Below, in pieces: positions 14,566-27,989 of a DNA stretch of 64,000 nt. The position numbers and the translations under genes are program-made. The notes under the pieces are model-generated. The model was not told the origin of the DNA, did no database searches, and saw only the letters and a program-made list of their open reading frames with translations. Origin of the DNA: Blastocladiella emersonii ATCC 22665 (lineage: Eukaryota > Fungi > Blastocladiomycota); contig JANHCV010000010.1 of the NCBI GenBank assembly GCA_025594325.1, forward strand, positions 372,001-436,000, read 5' to 3'. Every line of letters begins with the position of its first letter. Positions within the stretch are counted from its first letter, which is position 1.

Positions 14566-16025
14566 ATGTCGCGCCTCCTGTCCCGGCTGGGCTCGCTCGG
14601 CCTCCCGCGGCTCGCTGCCGCCGCCGCGCGCCCCGCCGTGTCGCCGGCGCTCGCGCGCCGCACCTACGCCCTCAACACGGTCGCCCACGTCAAGACCAAG
14701 ATCGACCCGCACGTCATCTCCGTGACCACCCCCATCACCGAAAAGTCGCTGTCGGAGCTCGCCGACGAGCCGCTGTACCTCGGTCCGTTTCCTCCCTCCT
14801 CGGGTACCGCGGGCCCACGCTGACGCGCGTCAACCGAATAGACGCCGAGACCGAGACCGAGGTCCGCGACTTCACCGTCAACTTCGGCCCGCAGCACCCT
14901 GCCGCGCACGGCGTGCTGCGCCTGATCCTCGAGCTGCGCGGCGAGCGCATCACGCGCGCCGACCCGCACATCGGCCTGCTGCACCGCGGCACCGAGAAGC
15001 TGATCGAGTACAAGACGTACCTGCAGGCGCTCCCCTATTTCGACCGCCTCGACTACTGCTCCATGATGTGCAACGAGCAGGCCTACTCGCTCGCCGTCGA
15101 GAAGCTGCTCAACGTGGACGTGCCGCTGCGCGCAAAGTACATCCGCACGCTGTTTGCCGAGATCACGCGCATCCAGAACCACATCATGGCCGTGACCACC
15201 CACGCCCTCGACGTCGGCGCCTTCACGCCCTTCCTCTACATGTTCGAGGAGCGCGAGCGCACCATGGAGTTCTACGAGCGCGTCTCGGGCGCCCGCATGC
15301 ACGCCGCGTACGTGCGCCCCGGCGGCGTCGCCCTCGACCTGCCCCTCGGCCTGCTGCAGGACATCCACACCTGGGCCAAGCAGTTTGGCTCGCGCATCGA
15401 CGACATGGAGGAGCTGCTCTCGGGCAACCGCATCTGGAAGAACCGTTTGATTGGCATCGGCACCGTCACCGCGGAGGAGGCCGTCACCCACGGCTTCTCG
15501 GGCGTCATGCTGCGCGGGTCCGGGTTCAAGTGGGACCTGCGCAAGGTGCAGCCGTACGACGCGTACGACCTGGTCGACTTTGACGTGCCCGTGGGCCGCA
15601 ACGGCGACTGCTACGACCGGTACCTGTGCCGCGTCGAGGAGATGCGCCAGTCGCTGCGCATCATCGACCAGTGCATCAACCAGATCCCCGAGGGCCCCGT
15701 CAAGGTCGACGACCACAAGATCGCGCCGCCGCGCCGCAACGACATGAAGGAGTCCATGGAGGCCCTCATTCACCACTTCAAGCTCTACTCGGAGGGGTAC
15801 TCGGTCCCGCCCGGCGAGACCTACACGGCCATCGAGGCGCCCAAGGGCGAGTTCGGCGTCTACCTCGTCTCGGACGGATCCAACAAGCCGTACCGCTGCA
15901 AGATCCGCGCCCCCGGGTTCGTCCACCTCTCGGCCTGCGACCTCATCGCCAAGGGCCACCAGATCGCGGACATGGTCGCTATCATTGGTACCTGTGATAT
16001 CGTGTTCGGCGAGGTCGACCGCTAA
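14566..16025 (+). CDS. NDUFS2: Complex I 49 kDa subunit (nuclear-encoded) with mitochondrial presequence, 2 exons, ~466 aa
   Basis: Exons 14566-14782 and 14842-16025. [55 protein letters not shown], terminal DIVFGEVDR; Arg/Ser/Leu-rich N-terminal targeting peptide. Confidence 0.97.
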
Positions 16026-16124
16026 GTCTCTTTCTTGTTCTTGTTCTTCCTACCACCACCCTACCCTGTTGTTTTCGTCATCAATGAAAGTTGCTCCCCG
16101 CTATATTCCTTATCGATACTACAG

Positions 16125-17098
16125 TTACATGACGTTGCAGTCGGGCGGCACGCCATCCTCACCACCATCGGCACCAAGCTCGGCCCCGCCCGCGAGCTCG
16201 CGCAGCAGCTCCGCTGGCGGCTGGCCGAGCTCCTGGATCTCGGTCATGAGCGCGACCACCTTCTTCGCGCCCTCGGGCTGCTCGTCCTCGCCCGCCTCGT
16301 AGACCGCCAAGATCTGCGCGATCAGGTCCTGCTGCTTCGTGTACTTGCGCATCTCCTCGGGCGTCAGCGTGTCCTTGTTCGCCGCCAGGTACGCCGGGTA
16401 CTTATCCGCGAGATCGCGCAGCGGCTCCTGCAGCAGGTCCTTGGACAGCAGCGACTCCATCATGCCCTCGAGCACCGACTCGAACTCGCCCGACTCGGTC
16501 AGCGACTCCATCTGCTTCATCATCTCGGCGACCAGCGAGTCCATGTCCTCGCCCCCCGCGCCCGGGGTGGTCTGGGAAGCGGACGCCGTCGCGTCGCTCT
16601 CCTCGAGCTTGGACATGGTCTGCTTGATCCGGTCCTGGAACGACTTGACGTCAGCTGCGGGCACGGTGGGCTGCTTCGCGGGCGCGGAACCAGACGCGGC
16701 GTTGCCGCCCTCCATGGCACGCAGCATCTCCTCCATGGCGCGGTGCATCGCCGACTCGTCGTCGTCGTCGGCGTCGCCGCCGGCGCCCGAGGCCACGTCG
16801 CCCATCAGATCCTCCATGCCCTTGGCCAGCTCGCGCACGAACGCGTCCTCGTCAAAGTCCACCTCGTCGGCGACGTCGGCGACGGTCGCATGGGCGGCGG
16901 CGGGCTTCGCAGCAGGCGCGGGAGCGGCGGCAGGGGTGGTCGCGAGACCCTCGAGAACGTCTACACGCAGACGGCGCGCGGAGGAGGGCGTCAGCGACAC
17001 GCCCACGGCGACGCGAGAGGGTCGGGAGCGCGCTTACCGTCGAGATCGTCGAGGTCCTCGTCGTCGTGCAGGTGCTTCGTGTCGGCAGTGGATGTCAT
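16125..17098 (-). CDS. PEX19: Peroxin 19, 2 exons, ~298 aa
   Basis: Exons 17098-17038 (DDEDLDDLD, GTAAGC donor) and 16960-16125. LLSKDLLQEPLRDLADKYP, MQ-like ELGQPPAEL, C-terminal CaaX box CNVM. Confidence 0.93.
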
Positions 17099-17359
17099 TG
17101 GAATACGTTGCAGAGTGGCGTTGATTGCGGGGAGAGGAGGAGAAGCGCGCGAGGCGGGACTTTGAAAAAGTTCGGATCGGCGAGGCGACGCGCCGACCAG
17201 CGCCGCCAACATCACGCTGCTGCCGACCCGACCTGATGGCATCACTGCGACTACGCCTCACTCTCTCGATCATCGATGAAGACATGAAGTGGAGCATGAA
17301 GCTAGCTAGCGAGCAACGTGTTACAGGAGAGCAGAGGGAGGGAGGGAAATGACAAGAGC

Positions 17360-19197
17360 TTAGTGCTTGGCCTTCTTGGGCGACGCTGCCGCCGCACCTC
17401 CGGCCGCGGCGCGCTTCGCGGGCGACCCGGGATGCTGCGCGTGGTACGCCTTCTCGTGCGCGGCCTGGGCGCGTCCCGAGGGGTCCTCGGAGCAGCCCCA
17501 GTCGAGGCGGGGCACCCAGCGGACGACCGAGTCGACGCACGCGCGCTGCGGGAAGTGGCGGTGGAAGATTTCGCGGTAGTAGTAGGCCTCGCGGGTCGTC
17601 GGCGTGTCGTGCGGGAACCGCACGGCGCGCGCGCGCCACTTCTCGTCGGACACGGCGCGCTCGGCGTGGTCGCGCAGCGTGTCGATCCAGCTGTAGCCGA
17701 CGCCGTCCGAGAACTGCTCCTTCTGCCGCCACAGAATGTCGTGCGGCAGGTACGGGTCGTTGGGCGTGTCAAAGGCCTTGCGCACCAGGTACTTTTCCAT
17801 GCGGCCGCCCTCGTCGAGCGCGCACCGCTTGTGGCGCGGGTCCGTGGTCATGGCCACGTCCAGGAACTCGCGGTCGAGGAAGGGGACGCGCGCCTCGAGC
17901 CCCCACGCCATGGTCGACTTGTTGGCGCGCAGGCAGTCGGCCGTGTGCAGGTTGGCGACGCGCGTCACGCACTCGGCGTGGAACTCCTGGTCCGACGGCG
18001 CCTGGTGGAAGTACAGGTACCCGCCAAACACCTCGTCGCTGCCCTCGCCCGACAGCACCATCTTGACCCCCATGGCCTTGATCTTGCGGCTCAGCAGGTA
18101 CATGGGCGTCGACGCCCGGATCGTCGTCACGTCGTACGTCTCGAGGTGGTAGATCACGTCCGCCAGCGCATCGAGACCCTCCTGCACCGTGAACGTGAAC
18201 CCGCGGTGCTTGGTCCCGATGAACTCGGCCACCCGCTCCGCCGCCGCCAGATCGGGCGAGCCCGGGAGCCCGATCGAGAACGAGTGCAGCACCGGCCACT
18301 CGGCCGCCGCCTGCACCGCCGCGTCCACGTCGTCACCCGTGGCGGAGGCCGGGGCGCGGCGAGTCACGCGCGCGGCAATGGAGGCGATGAGCGACGAGTC
18401 GAGGCCGCCCGACAGGAGCACGCCGTAGGGGACCTCGGTCATGAGGCGCTTCTTGACGGCGCGCTCGAGCGACTCGCGCAGCTTGACGAGGTCGTACTCG
18501 GCGCCCTGGTCCGACGGCACGACCTTGGGGTCCCACCACGACGGCGAGTAGTAGCGGGTGGTCTTGCCCGTGACCGACGAGTAGACGTGGCCGGGCGGGA
18601 ACGCGACGATGCGGTCGCAGTCCTCGTTGAGGGCCTTCATCTCCGAGGCCACCCACACGCTGCCGTCCTTGCCCGACCACCCCTGGTACAGCGTGGTGAT
18701 GCCGATCGGGTCGCGGGCCACCATGTACCGGTCGTTGCGCGCGTCGTACAGCACGAACGAGAACATGCCGTCGAGCAGGTGCACAAAGTCCTCGCCCAGC
18801 TCCTGGTACAGGTACATGATCACCTCGCAGTCCGACTCGGTCTGGAACTCGTACGAGCCCTTGAGCTGCTTGCGCAGCGCCTTGTGGTTGTAGATCTCGC
18901 CGTTCACGCACAGGATGATCGACTCGTCGGGCGTCGTCAGCGGCTGCGCGCCGGAGCCTGCGGGTGGGGAGGGGGATCGTGGTGAGTGGACGGGTTCGTG
19001 ATGACGAGCGAGGGTAGGAGATGCGTACCGAGACCAACAATCGCCAGGCGCTCGTGGCAGAAAAAGTTGCGCCCGACGCACTTGATGCCGCTCCAGTCCG
19101 GGCCGCGGTGCCGGATCTTCTTGGACAGCGTCAGCGCGCGGTCGCGGAACGCCTGCGTGTCGCCGCCGTGGCCAAAGACTGCGAAGATGCCACACAT
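17360..19197 (-). CDS. ASN1: Glutamine-hydrolysing asparagine synthetase, 2 exons, ~588 aa
   Basis: Exons 19197-19029 and 18957-17360. N-terminal MCGIF Ntn cysteine, [53 protein letters not shown]. Confidence 0.97.
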
Positions 19198-19422
19198 GGT
19201 TTCGTGGAGGGGTTCGATACGTGGGTGACGGTGGAGAGCGTGAGTCGAGGGTGCCGGGGGGAGCGCTCGCTTTACATAGGGCCCGAGTGACCAGCGAGCG
19301 ACCAGCGACCCGGTCCCGCCCGACAGGCTGCAGGCAGTGCGAGACACAGCGAAGCCGCAAACCAACCAGCCCTTCGTTCTCCGACGCGCGCGCCTGCGGC
19401 TTGACGCGTCCGTCACGCGTGC

Positions 19423-19437
19423 GAGTCACGTCACGTG
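19423..19437 (-). promoter_or_regulatory. TGACTC (Gcn4/CpcA-type) site next to CACGTG/TGACGT, ~230 bp upstream of asparagine synthetase
   Basis: The gene-sense strand reads CACGTGACGTGACTC. Asparagine synthetase is an established general-amino-acid-control target in fungi; function at this site is inferred. Confidence 0.4.
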
Positions 19438-20664
19438 CGCCATCCATCGCGTGGGCTGGCGCGGCTGGTGCCCGCGGGGACGCTAATTGCGCCCCGCTAA
19501 GCCACAATTTGATCTGGAACGTAAGAAACCCGAGAGGGGCCGCGCTGGCGCGCCGGCGCGCCGATTGGCCGGATCGCGGAGACGGGGATTTTCCGACGCG
19601 GGAGCTTGCGACGAGCGTGTATTCTTGAGCGCACGCGGGCGAGCGATACGCGCGCGTCGGTGGGAGATTGTTGTTGTTGTCCCCGGTGATACCGAAGCCG
19701 CGGCGGTGGTCGTTGTGAGTCGTAGTTGTTGTGGTGAGTCTTGGCCGGGGTGGGATCACACGGCGATGACCCATCGCGCTCAGCAGCCGCGGCAGCTCGA
19801 GGTCGGTGGTCATGGCCACGGTTGCGACCATGGCCATCGTTGAGGTCATCCAGGGTCGAGCGAGGCAGCATGGTCGAGTTGAGTAGCTAATGCGAGCAAG
19901 GAATAACCATGCTCTCCGAACTCCGTGAACCTCGCTCGACGGCTGCTGCCGCTCGGGACAAGAAGATCACAAGGCGGATCACCACCTGAAGATGGTGAGC
20001 TGGCCCGCAAGAGACGGAGGCTTCTCGTTTCGATCCGAAGGCACTATGCGGTTCAGAGTTTGATGATAGGAGTCAGCGAGATCGGCTGTCCATCGCCTCC
20101 GCACACAAGCGGCTGCGTCGCGATGAATGCGGCCCAACCTGCGCCTGAATGGGTTTAGCAACGGACCGCCGGTCGCAGCGCACGTCAAGGGATGCCGAAA
20201 CGCGGTACGCCACACCCGTGCGCCCGAAACGCGACGCGCCAAGGCATAGATCTCGAGACACCCACGTCACGTTGTGGATGTAGGAGCGGGCGAGTATAGT
20301 TGCGGGTGGGACACAGCTCCCGACCACCTCCGAACGGCTTGCAATGGAGCGCGCAGGCAGTAACTAGCCAGCTTCGCCGGTCTCGTTGCACCAACGGCGC
20401 TCAGGACCGCGTATGACCCGTTGTTCGCATCGGAACGAGTTAGGCAGCCATGATCAGTGTCTCGCGGCAAGTGCGAGACAAAGGGAAAAATCAGGTGACG
20501 CTTGGGATCGGCGTTTCACCAGCGTGGCGGCGCCGACGCATGCATTCTATGAACACTGGGTACGTGCGAGCATCGAGCCTTCCTCCCCGCTCCTTCCCGA
20601 TCACTTCCATGTAACTTGAACCTACACATCTTGCGCCTGCATCCCTCGGCCCCGCTTCGGCACC

Positions 20665-23600
20665 ATGGATATCGTTGCGATTGCCGTCCGCCTCGCCGAC
20701 CCGGCCAAGGCGACGCCGAAAGTTGTCGCCGAGCTGCGCGAGTGGCTCGGCCGCACTTTCCGCTCGTCGCCGCCGTCTGCGCTTCGCCCATCAGCTTCGC
20801 CATCACCCTTTGCGCTACCCTCTCGGCCACGCGACGTGGAAGTCCTCGCCGCGGCCCGCGTGGTCCTTGCGTGCGGCAGGGCCATGTCCGCTCTTTTGGA
20901 ATCCTCCGCCCCCGACACCTCAACCGAGGCCACGGCCGCGCGGCGAGAATGCGCTGCTCGTATCCTCGACGCCTACACGGCCACCACCAGTGCCCTCGCC
21001 GGCTGCTCGCTGCCCGAACTCGAGATCGAAAAGCGCATGTCCGCCGTCGTTACACATTTCGTCAATGCCGAACTCGTTCCTGCAACGGCTCAGCTTACAG
21101 CAATCGATGCCCTCAAGCTCCGCCTAGAGCGCTCCGTCGCCGTCGCCAACAGCCTCGCGCAGCTGTCGACGAGCCCATGGCTGCTAGTGCCAGTGCCAGG
21201 CGTCGTGCCCTCGAACGGCCTCGTGCGCCTCGTCACCGACTACTACACCACTCGGCTGTGCTGGCTGGCCCTCCACATTCACGTCGACGAAACACTTGCC
21301 TTGGCCGCCGACCAACTCGATGCGGCGCCTTCAGGCCGCGGCGGGCCCAACTGGTGGCTGCGCAAGCTCGCGCGGACACACGGCGCCGAGGCCGCTCGCA
21401 TGCAGCGGCTGATGTGGACCAAACTTCTACTTGAACTCGCATCCACGGGTCCTGTCGCTCTGTGGGTCGTCGGTTGGTTCGCACTGAGCGAGGAACCGCT
21501 CGCCAGCGTATGCGCGACGCTCGCCCGGCTCCGCGTACCGCCATCGCCGCTACTGGCCGCCGCGGAGCTGCTCGAGCAGCACTCGCAGTTTGATCAAGAT
21601 CGGCTCGCAGTCGTGTCGCTCGTCGTCGACTGGCTGTTCGCCGCCGAGTCGGCCGACGGCAGCAGCGCATCGCCCGATGGCGTCCTGCCGTGGCTCGTCG
21701 AGCAAGCACACGAGCTGCGGTCCAGAACCGACTCGCCGTGCCCCGTCCAGCTCGCCATCCGCATCGCCGTCGCTCACGGGGCGCTCGTCGCCGGCAACGG
21801 GTCCCTCACGCGCGACGCGACGCTCGCCATGAGTCACGTCCTCGACCTTCTCCACGAGTATAACCAGATCGAGCAGGCCGACTCGACGGGCAAGGTCAAG
21901 ATGCGGCTCACCCAGCCGCAGCTCACCACGCTTGTGCGCGCCGGGTGCCGCTACGTCCAGGCCGCGACCCGCTTAACGGACGCGTTCGACCCCGCAAACG
22001 CGTGTGACGATATCGTCGCCGAGCCGCTCGTCGTCATCCACGACTCGATCTCGCTGTTCGTCGCTCGCTTGTTCCCGTACCTCGCCGTGTCGCCCATCGT
22101 CGGCCAGTCGCTCTTTGAGTGGATCATGTACCTCGTGCAGCTCCTCGACTCGCTGCGCAGCGACCGCGGAAAGTTTGCGCCCGACCTCGCCCTCGTCCAC
22201 GACAACATCGCGACCGCCTTCAAGGTGTGCCGCCATTCCGCCGCCGACTCGCCGCTGTTCGGCTGCCTGCTCCGCGTCAGCGCCGTCGCCCACAACCTCG
22301 CCCTGCGCCTGTTCGACCAAGTCGACGTCACCGCGCCCGAAGAACAGACCTCGCTCGACGGCGTCATCCGCGAGTGGGCCAAGGACCGCGAGGCCGCGCT
22401 CGCTGGCGCCATTGCCATCGGCAAGGTCGCCGTCCACGCCCTCGCGGCGTACCTCGAGCGGCAACCACCCAGCGCCGCGTTCGCTCACCGCGTGACGCTC
22501 GCGCGCCGCTACGAGTTCCTCGCCACCGCCTTCGCCGCCCGCGACGCGCTCGCTGGGCAGCCGGCGTACGGCCACGCGTGGCGCGAGGTGATGGCCCGCG
22601 CCGTCACGGTGCTCGTGGAGGGCCGCGCGTGGACCGAGCTCGCTGCGCTCATCGCGCGCAACGTGCGGCGCCAGCTCGCGTCGTGCGCGACTTCGGTCGC
22701 GTCAGCGGTCGAGTCCACGCCGTCGCCGAAATACACGCCGCTGTGCTTGCTCGTCCGCTCGCACTGTGTGTTTGCTCTGGAATGGCGCGTGCTCCTCGCG
22801 GCTCAGTGGACGGGTATCGCTCGTCTCGTGCTCCAGCAGTGGGAGGCCATCACGCCGCAGACGGGACTGCACCGTGCACACGTCCTGCTCGCGCAGGTCG
22901 CCCAGCGGCGCGGGGTCGAGTGCCAGCTGGATGTTACGACGGCCATCAACATGTTGCTCGAGCCGGTACGCGAGCCATTTGCCATCACTTGGACGATCCA
23001 CAGCTCACCATCATGCTCTCCCGTCTCGTAGCGCGCGAACAACAGCCCCGACGAAATCCTGCGCACCGAGCTCCTCGCCCTCGCGTACTGCTACCACGCG
23101 TTCGCGCAGGGCGACGCGACGCACCTGACCACAGCCTTCGAGCTGTACGAGCGCGCCGCCCGCGAGAAGTCGCTGATCCTGCCCGACGACACGCGGTGGC
23201 ACCTGCTCAAGCTCGAGCGCGTCCTCGACGGCCGGTCCATGCACTCGCACCTGGTCCAGCTGTACCAGATCCTGCTCCTGCTTGAGCACGGCGCCGAGCG
23301 CGGCAACGTGCTCGTCCGGTTCGCGCTCGCCTACCTCGCGCTAGGCCACGTCGACCACGCTGGCAAGTGCCTCGCCACGGCGTCATCGTACCTCTCCCAA
23401 GACCGCCGCCGTGGCGCGTGGTCCGCGGCCTACGCCATGTACCTCGTCGCCATCGGAAACACGGCCAAGGCCGCCACGTATCTCGACCAATCCGGCGGCG
23501 GCCACGACGCTCCCGTGGCTGATCCCACGACCGCTCTTCTCGGCCGTCTCGCGCGCATCCAGCTGCACGAGGCCGAGGGCCACGGCACCGATGCGCTTCT

Positions 23601-26600
23601 CCTCGCCCTCGAAACCGAGAAACTCGCCGAGCGCGCCAGCGGCGTCCCCTGGTCGCTGAGACTCGAGATCATCGCCCGCGTCGCCGCGCTGTTCTGCACC
23701 ATGGGTTTTTGGCGCGACGCCAGAGAGTACTCGGACATAGGCGGCCGCGCTGCACGCGAGTCCGGGAACGCAACCATGCATTACCGGTTCGCCACGATCC
23801 AGGCCACCATCGCCATGTACCGCCGCTCGCTCGACGACGTCCGCCGCCTGCTCGAGCCGTGTCCTGTCTCGGCTGCGTCGACAACATCAACGTCGAGTCG
23901 GCCTCACGGGCTCGCGTGCAGTGACAGCGCGGTGCACCTTGACCTCGACAGCGACGATCAACCCGCGGTGGCTGCGGCGGGGCTCGGGATCAAGGAGAAC
24001 GTGACGCGGCTGCTCATCCTGGGCGACGCGGCGCTGCTCGACGCGGGGGTCGACATCGTCAGCGGCAGCCGCCCGCGTCCGATCCCCGGCGAGACCGGCC
24101 CCATCGACACCGCAAGCGAGCGGATTCGGGCCGCGCAGTCGCTGCTCGAGCGGCTCAGGGCGCCGCGCCACGTCGCCGACCTGTTCGCCGCCGACCAACG
24201 CCGGCACCACTCGCCGCGACTGCAGCGGTTTCTGCACGCCGGCCCTGCGCAGCAATCGGCAACAGCGTCGACGCCATCCCAGCCCGCTAACGCGCAACAG
24301 CAGTCCCGCCAGCTCGTTCCATTGGAGGCCGACCTCGTCCGCGCTCGCGCGAGCCTGCTGTTCGCGCAGCGCAGGCGAGGAAGCGAGGTCGAGCGCATCC
24401 TCATCGCCGCCTTCGGCACGCTCAACCTCAGCGGCCCGCTGTACCCTCGTTTCGTGCACGACGCGACCGCCATCAGTTTCGCCATCCTCAAGCCGCACCT
24501 AGCGCAGGTTGACGAGCTCGCGCTGCTCAACGAATCGGTCCTGCTCCTCGACGCGACCGAGACTCGCCCAACGCGGAACGCGCGCGCGGCCCTCGACACT
24601 CGACACGCCACGCGGGTCCAGATGTGCCGCGTGCACCTCGAACAGTGCATCACGCGCGTGGCCGGCGTCGCGCACCCCCGCGAGCTCGCGCAGATGGCGC
24701 ACATGCTGCTTCACGCGCACACAATTGACCTGGTCGTCGGCGGCTCCGCGCAGGCGGACCAGGGTGCGCCTGGCGATGTGGCGACGGTGGGGACGACGTG
24801 GTCGATCCGCGAGCTGCTTGAGTCGGCGTGCCACGGCGCCACAACGCGCCGCATGGCACGCATTCTTGCGCCCAATGCGGGTGCGCCGCGGCCGCGGACT
24901 GCGGAGCGCGCCACCGTGTCTGCCCAGTCTCCAGCCGCCGCCGTGTCGTTCATGGCCGCGATGCGCGAGACTCCCGTGGCGCAGCGACGTTCGCAGTCCG
25001 GCGCCCCGGCCGCGACCCCTTCGCGTACCACGCCGCGCGATCAGGGCCCGATCGAGGAGGACATGCTGCACCTGGAGCTCGGGCACAAGGACAGCGAGGA
25101 CAACGGTCACCTGCGCGAGTCTGGCGCCGCCGTCGACCCGCGCGTTCCCAGCACCTGGACCGTGTGCCAGCTCGCCGTCGATCCCGCGCGCGACGTCCTG
25201 TACCTGTCGGTGACCCGCGGCCCGCACCACGCCGCGCTGCGGCTCTCCCTGCTTCGGACCATATCGCGCGTCGAGTCGTTGGGCAGCGACCCACCCTCGT
25301 TCGCAGCGGTACGCGCGCGCCTCGACGCCGTTGTGACCAATAGCACTACGATGCTCCGCGGCGAGTACAAATCGCGCGACGCCAAGTACCGGTGGCGCGA
25401 GGAGCGGCGCGCGCTCGACTCCAAGCTGTTCCAGGTCCTCGCGACGGTTGACCAGAGCTGGCTCGGGTGCTTCCGCGGCATGGTTGGCGGCGCCGGCGCG
25501 CAGGTCCCGCGCGAGGCGGTCCGCGACTTTGCGCGCAACCTCGCTGCGTTTGTCGAGCCCGCGCGGCAGCCTGGCGCCAGCGAGCTCGTCGTGCCTGTGC
25601 TCGTGATCGAGGCGTGGCTCGCGCTCGTCCTCGTCCCCGTCGTGCCGAACCCACTTGTCGTCGGATCGAGCAAGCCCAGCGCGACGTCGCTGACCGTCGA
25701 CGATCTCGAGGACATGGCGTACTTCATCCTCGAAGAATGCGCGCGCCAGGGCTTCGGCGTCGCGACCAACGACCTCACCACCGCCGACGACGTCGACTTT
25801 GACCCGCTCATCGAGTTTCTCAAGGCCGAGCTGCGCACGCTGCGCCAACGGTACGGTCGAGCCGTCGCTGCTGGTTCGGGCGACCACGCGATCTTGATCC
25901 TCGACGCGCACCTGCACGCGTTCCCGTGGGAGTCGACCGCGGCGCTGCGCGGACGTAGTGTGTCCCGCGTGTTTTCGCTCGAGATGCTCCACGGCATGCT
26001 CGCCGCGGCGGGGAACAGCGCGCTGGCGGCGGACCGCGACTCGGTGTACTATGTGCTCAACCCGTCGCATGATCTCCCGACCACGCAGGCCACGTTCGAG
26101 CCGATCTTACGGTATGCTTTCGTGCACTCGGCGAGTTTACGTCGCGGAGTACTGACCCGATGTACGCACGCGTAGCTCCGAGTCCACCTGGCACGGCACC
26201 ATCGGCGCGCCGCCGCCCTCCGCGACCGACTTCGCCTCCTCAATGGCCGCGCACGACGTGTTCCTGTACTTTGGCCACGGCGGCGGCGAAGCGCTGTGCC
26301 GGCCCAAGCAGCTCGTCGAACACCTGCTCTCGCGCAACTCGCTGACGCGCGACGACCGCGGCCGCGCGCCCGTCGCCGCGATCCTCATGGGCTGCTCGAG
26401 CGGCAAGCTTGACGCGCCCGGCGTCTTCGACCCGATCGGCACGCCCGTGTACTACTTGATTGCCATGGCCGCGTCGCGCGGCGGGTGCGTCGTCGCCAAC
26501 CTGTGGGACGTGACGGACCGCGACATTGACCGGTTCACAGTCTCGATGCTCCGCCGCTGGGGCCTGTTCCACGCGGGCAAGCAGGCGGACGAGTTTGGGT

Positions 26601-26812
26601 TTGGGCTCGCCGACGCGTGGTATCTCCCCGCAGTCGATCTTGACGATGCTGGCGAGGCGCCGGTGCCGCGCAGTCTCGTGGAGGCCGACGTGGACGTCCC
26701 ACTGCCCATGGCCGTGGCCGCGGCGCGCGACGACTGCCAGCTCCCGTTCCTGATTGGCGCGGCACCGGTCGTGTACGGCGTTCCCGTGCGTCTCACATTA
26801 AAGAACCGCTGA
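20665..26812 (+). CDS. ESP1: Separase (C50 caspase-like protease), 3 exons, ~2005 aa
   Basis: Exons 20665-22965, 23032-26111, 26176-26812 with phases compatible. C-terminal LILDAHLHAFPWES, YYVLNPSHDL, catalytic YFGHGGG and LMGCSSG, VANLWDVTDRDID. The N-terminal helical region is weakly recognisable and may hide further in-frame introns. Confidence 0.92.
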
Positions 26813-27172
26813 ACGAAGTATACATATCGTCAATGTGATGAGATGACATGATAGTGCTCAGGTTTCATTGGTATCTGTCGCGTAGCCAACTCACTGAGCG
26901 GCCCAACGCTGGGCTCCAGAAGGCTGGGTCAGGCACCAAGATCGCGTGAAACCGCCATCTGCAATCGCTCGGTGCATCGCCTAAAGGCGCGACAGTTGAT
27001 GACTGTCGCTGCGACGCGCCGCGCCACACACGTGGCCCTGAAACGCGATGCGACTTACTGGCTGCTCGAACCGCATGCTTCGCACCGTTCGCCCGAAGCA
27101 ATGACGGGTTAAGCAACTAAGCATGCCGTACGTGGAGAATCAACGAGTATCCGACGAAAGCGCCGGTTGGCC

Positions 27173-27838
27173 CTAAACCAGAGCGATCCGCGAACCCGCG
27201 CACGCGCCCAAATGGCGCGTTGCTGTTGCTGGGCCACGGGGAAGGTCATGTCGCACGTGGTCAGGTTGAGAGTCTCGGATACGCTGGCTGGGATGAGCCA
27301 AAGCCGCTGCGAGCGAGGTTGCACCAACCGTGGTCACTCGATTCATCGAGACATCCACAGAAGTGTCTATGCCAGCGGATATGCGGTTGGTCAGGCGAGA
27401 AATCAGCTTGTCGCCTCGGTCCCGCATTGCCAGACTGGCTGACGCAATGAAGCCCCTTCCAGCGCCATGAAAGTGAACCTGCGTCAAAGCGTCCATGAAC
27501 TCGCGACCGCCAACGAGAGCTGAGCGTCGCCACCAGTCGAGAACGTCATAGTGCTTGACGCGGCTGTTTGAAATCGCGTCAAAGTCAAACTCGAGCGGCT
27601 TCCCCGACCGCTGCCACGCCAGCAGCACGTTGACGCAGCCCTTCAGGCTCGCCTCGTTCATTGAAAACGACGTGGCGTGGTCCACGATAGCGCGGCGGAC
27701 CCGCGGCGAGTCCTTGGCGAGTAGCACGCAGACCAGCTGGTGCATCCCGCGAAAGTCGTCGGGGTCGAGCAAGCGCACAGCATGGGCCAGGATCTGATCC
27801 AAGATGTCCGGGACAGATAGTTGCACCAAGTTATTCAT
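27173..27838 (-). pseudogene. LRR family-A copy A1: N-terminal module intact, frameshifted and truncated after the first LRR
   Basis: MNNLVQLSVPDILDQILAHAVRL..KHYDVLDWWRRS aligns with the copies at 32436 and 34009. The frame shifts near 27275 (the other frame gives ETLNLTTCDMTFPV) and homology ends near 27225. Confidence 0.85.
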
Positions 27839-27989
27839 GAGTTTACATTAACGGACATGAGCTGCGGCGGTTGGAAATTCACGCGTGAGCGACGTGGATG
27901 GCACGATATCATGTTCATGGTTGTGAATCTGTGTGGGAGCTACGACGCGAAAATGGCGAGTTTCGCTGAACTAAGCTCGGTCCTCCAAA

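Noticed and set aside
14566-16025. Nuclear location of the nad7 homologue
   Set aside because: This is the normal state in fungi; the gene has a presequence and an intron.
16026-16124. Only 99 bp between convergent NDUFS2 and PEX19 stops
   Set aside because: Tight convergent spacing is ordinary in compact fungal genomes; no further signal.
19198-19849. Upstream in-frame extension of the asparagine synthetase ORF (829-aa call)
   Set aside because: Ntn amidotransferases need Cys2 after the start Met (MCGIF at 19197); the extension runs through promoter DNA and an intron.
19850-20600. Short ORFs in the lower-GC spacer between ASN1 and ESP1
   Set aside because: No recognisable domain, splice structure or internal homology.
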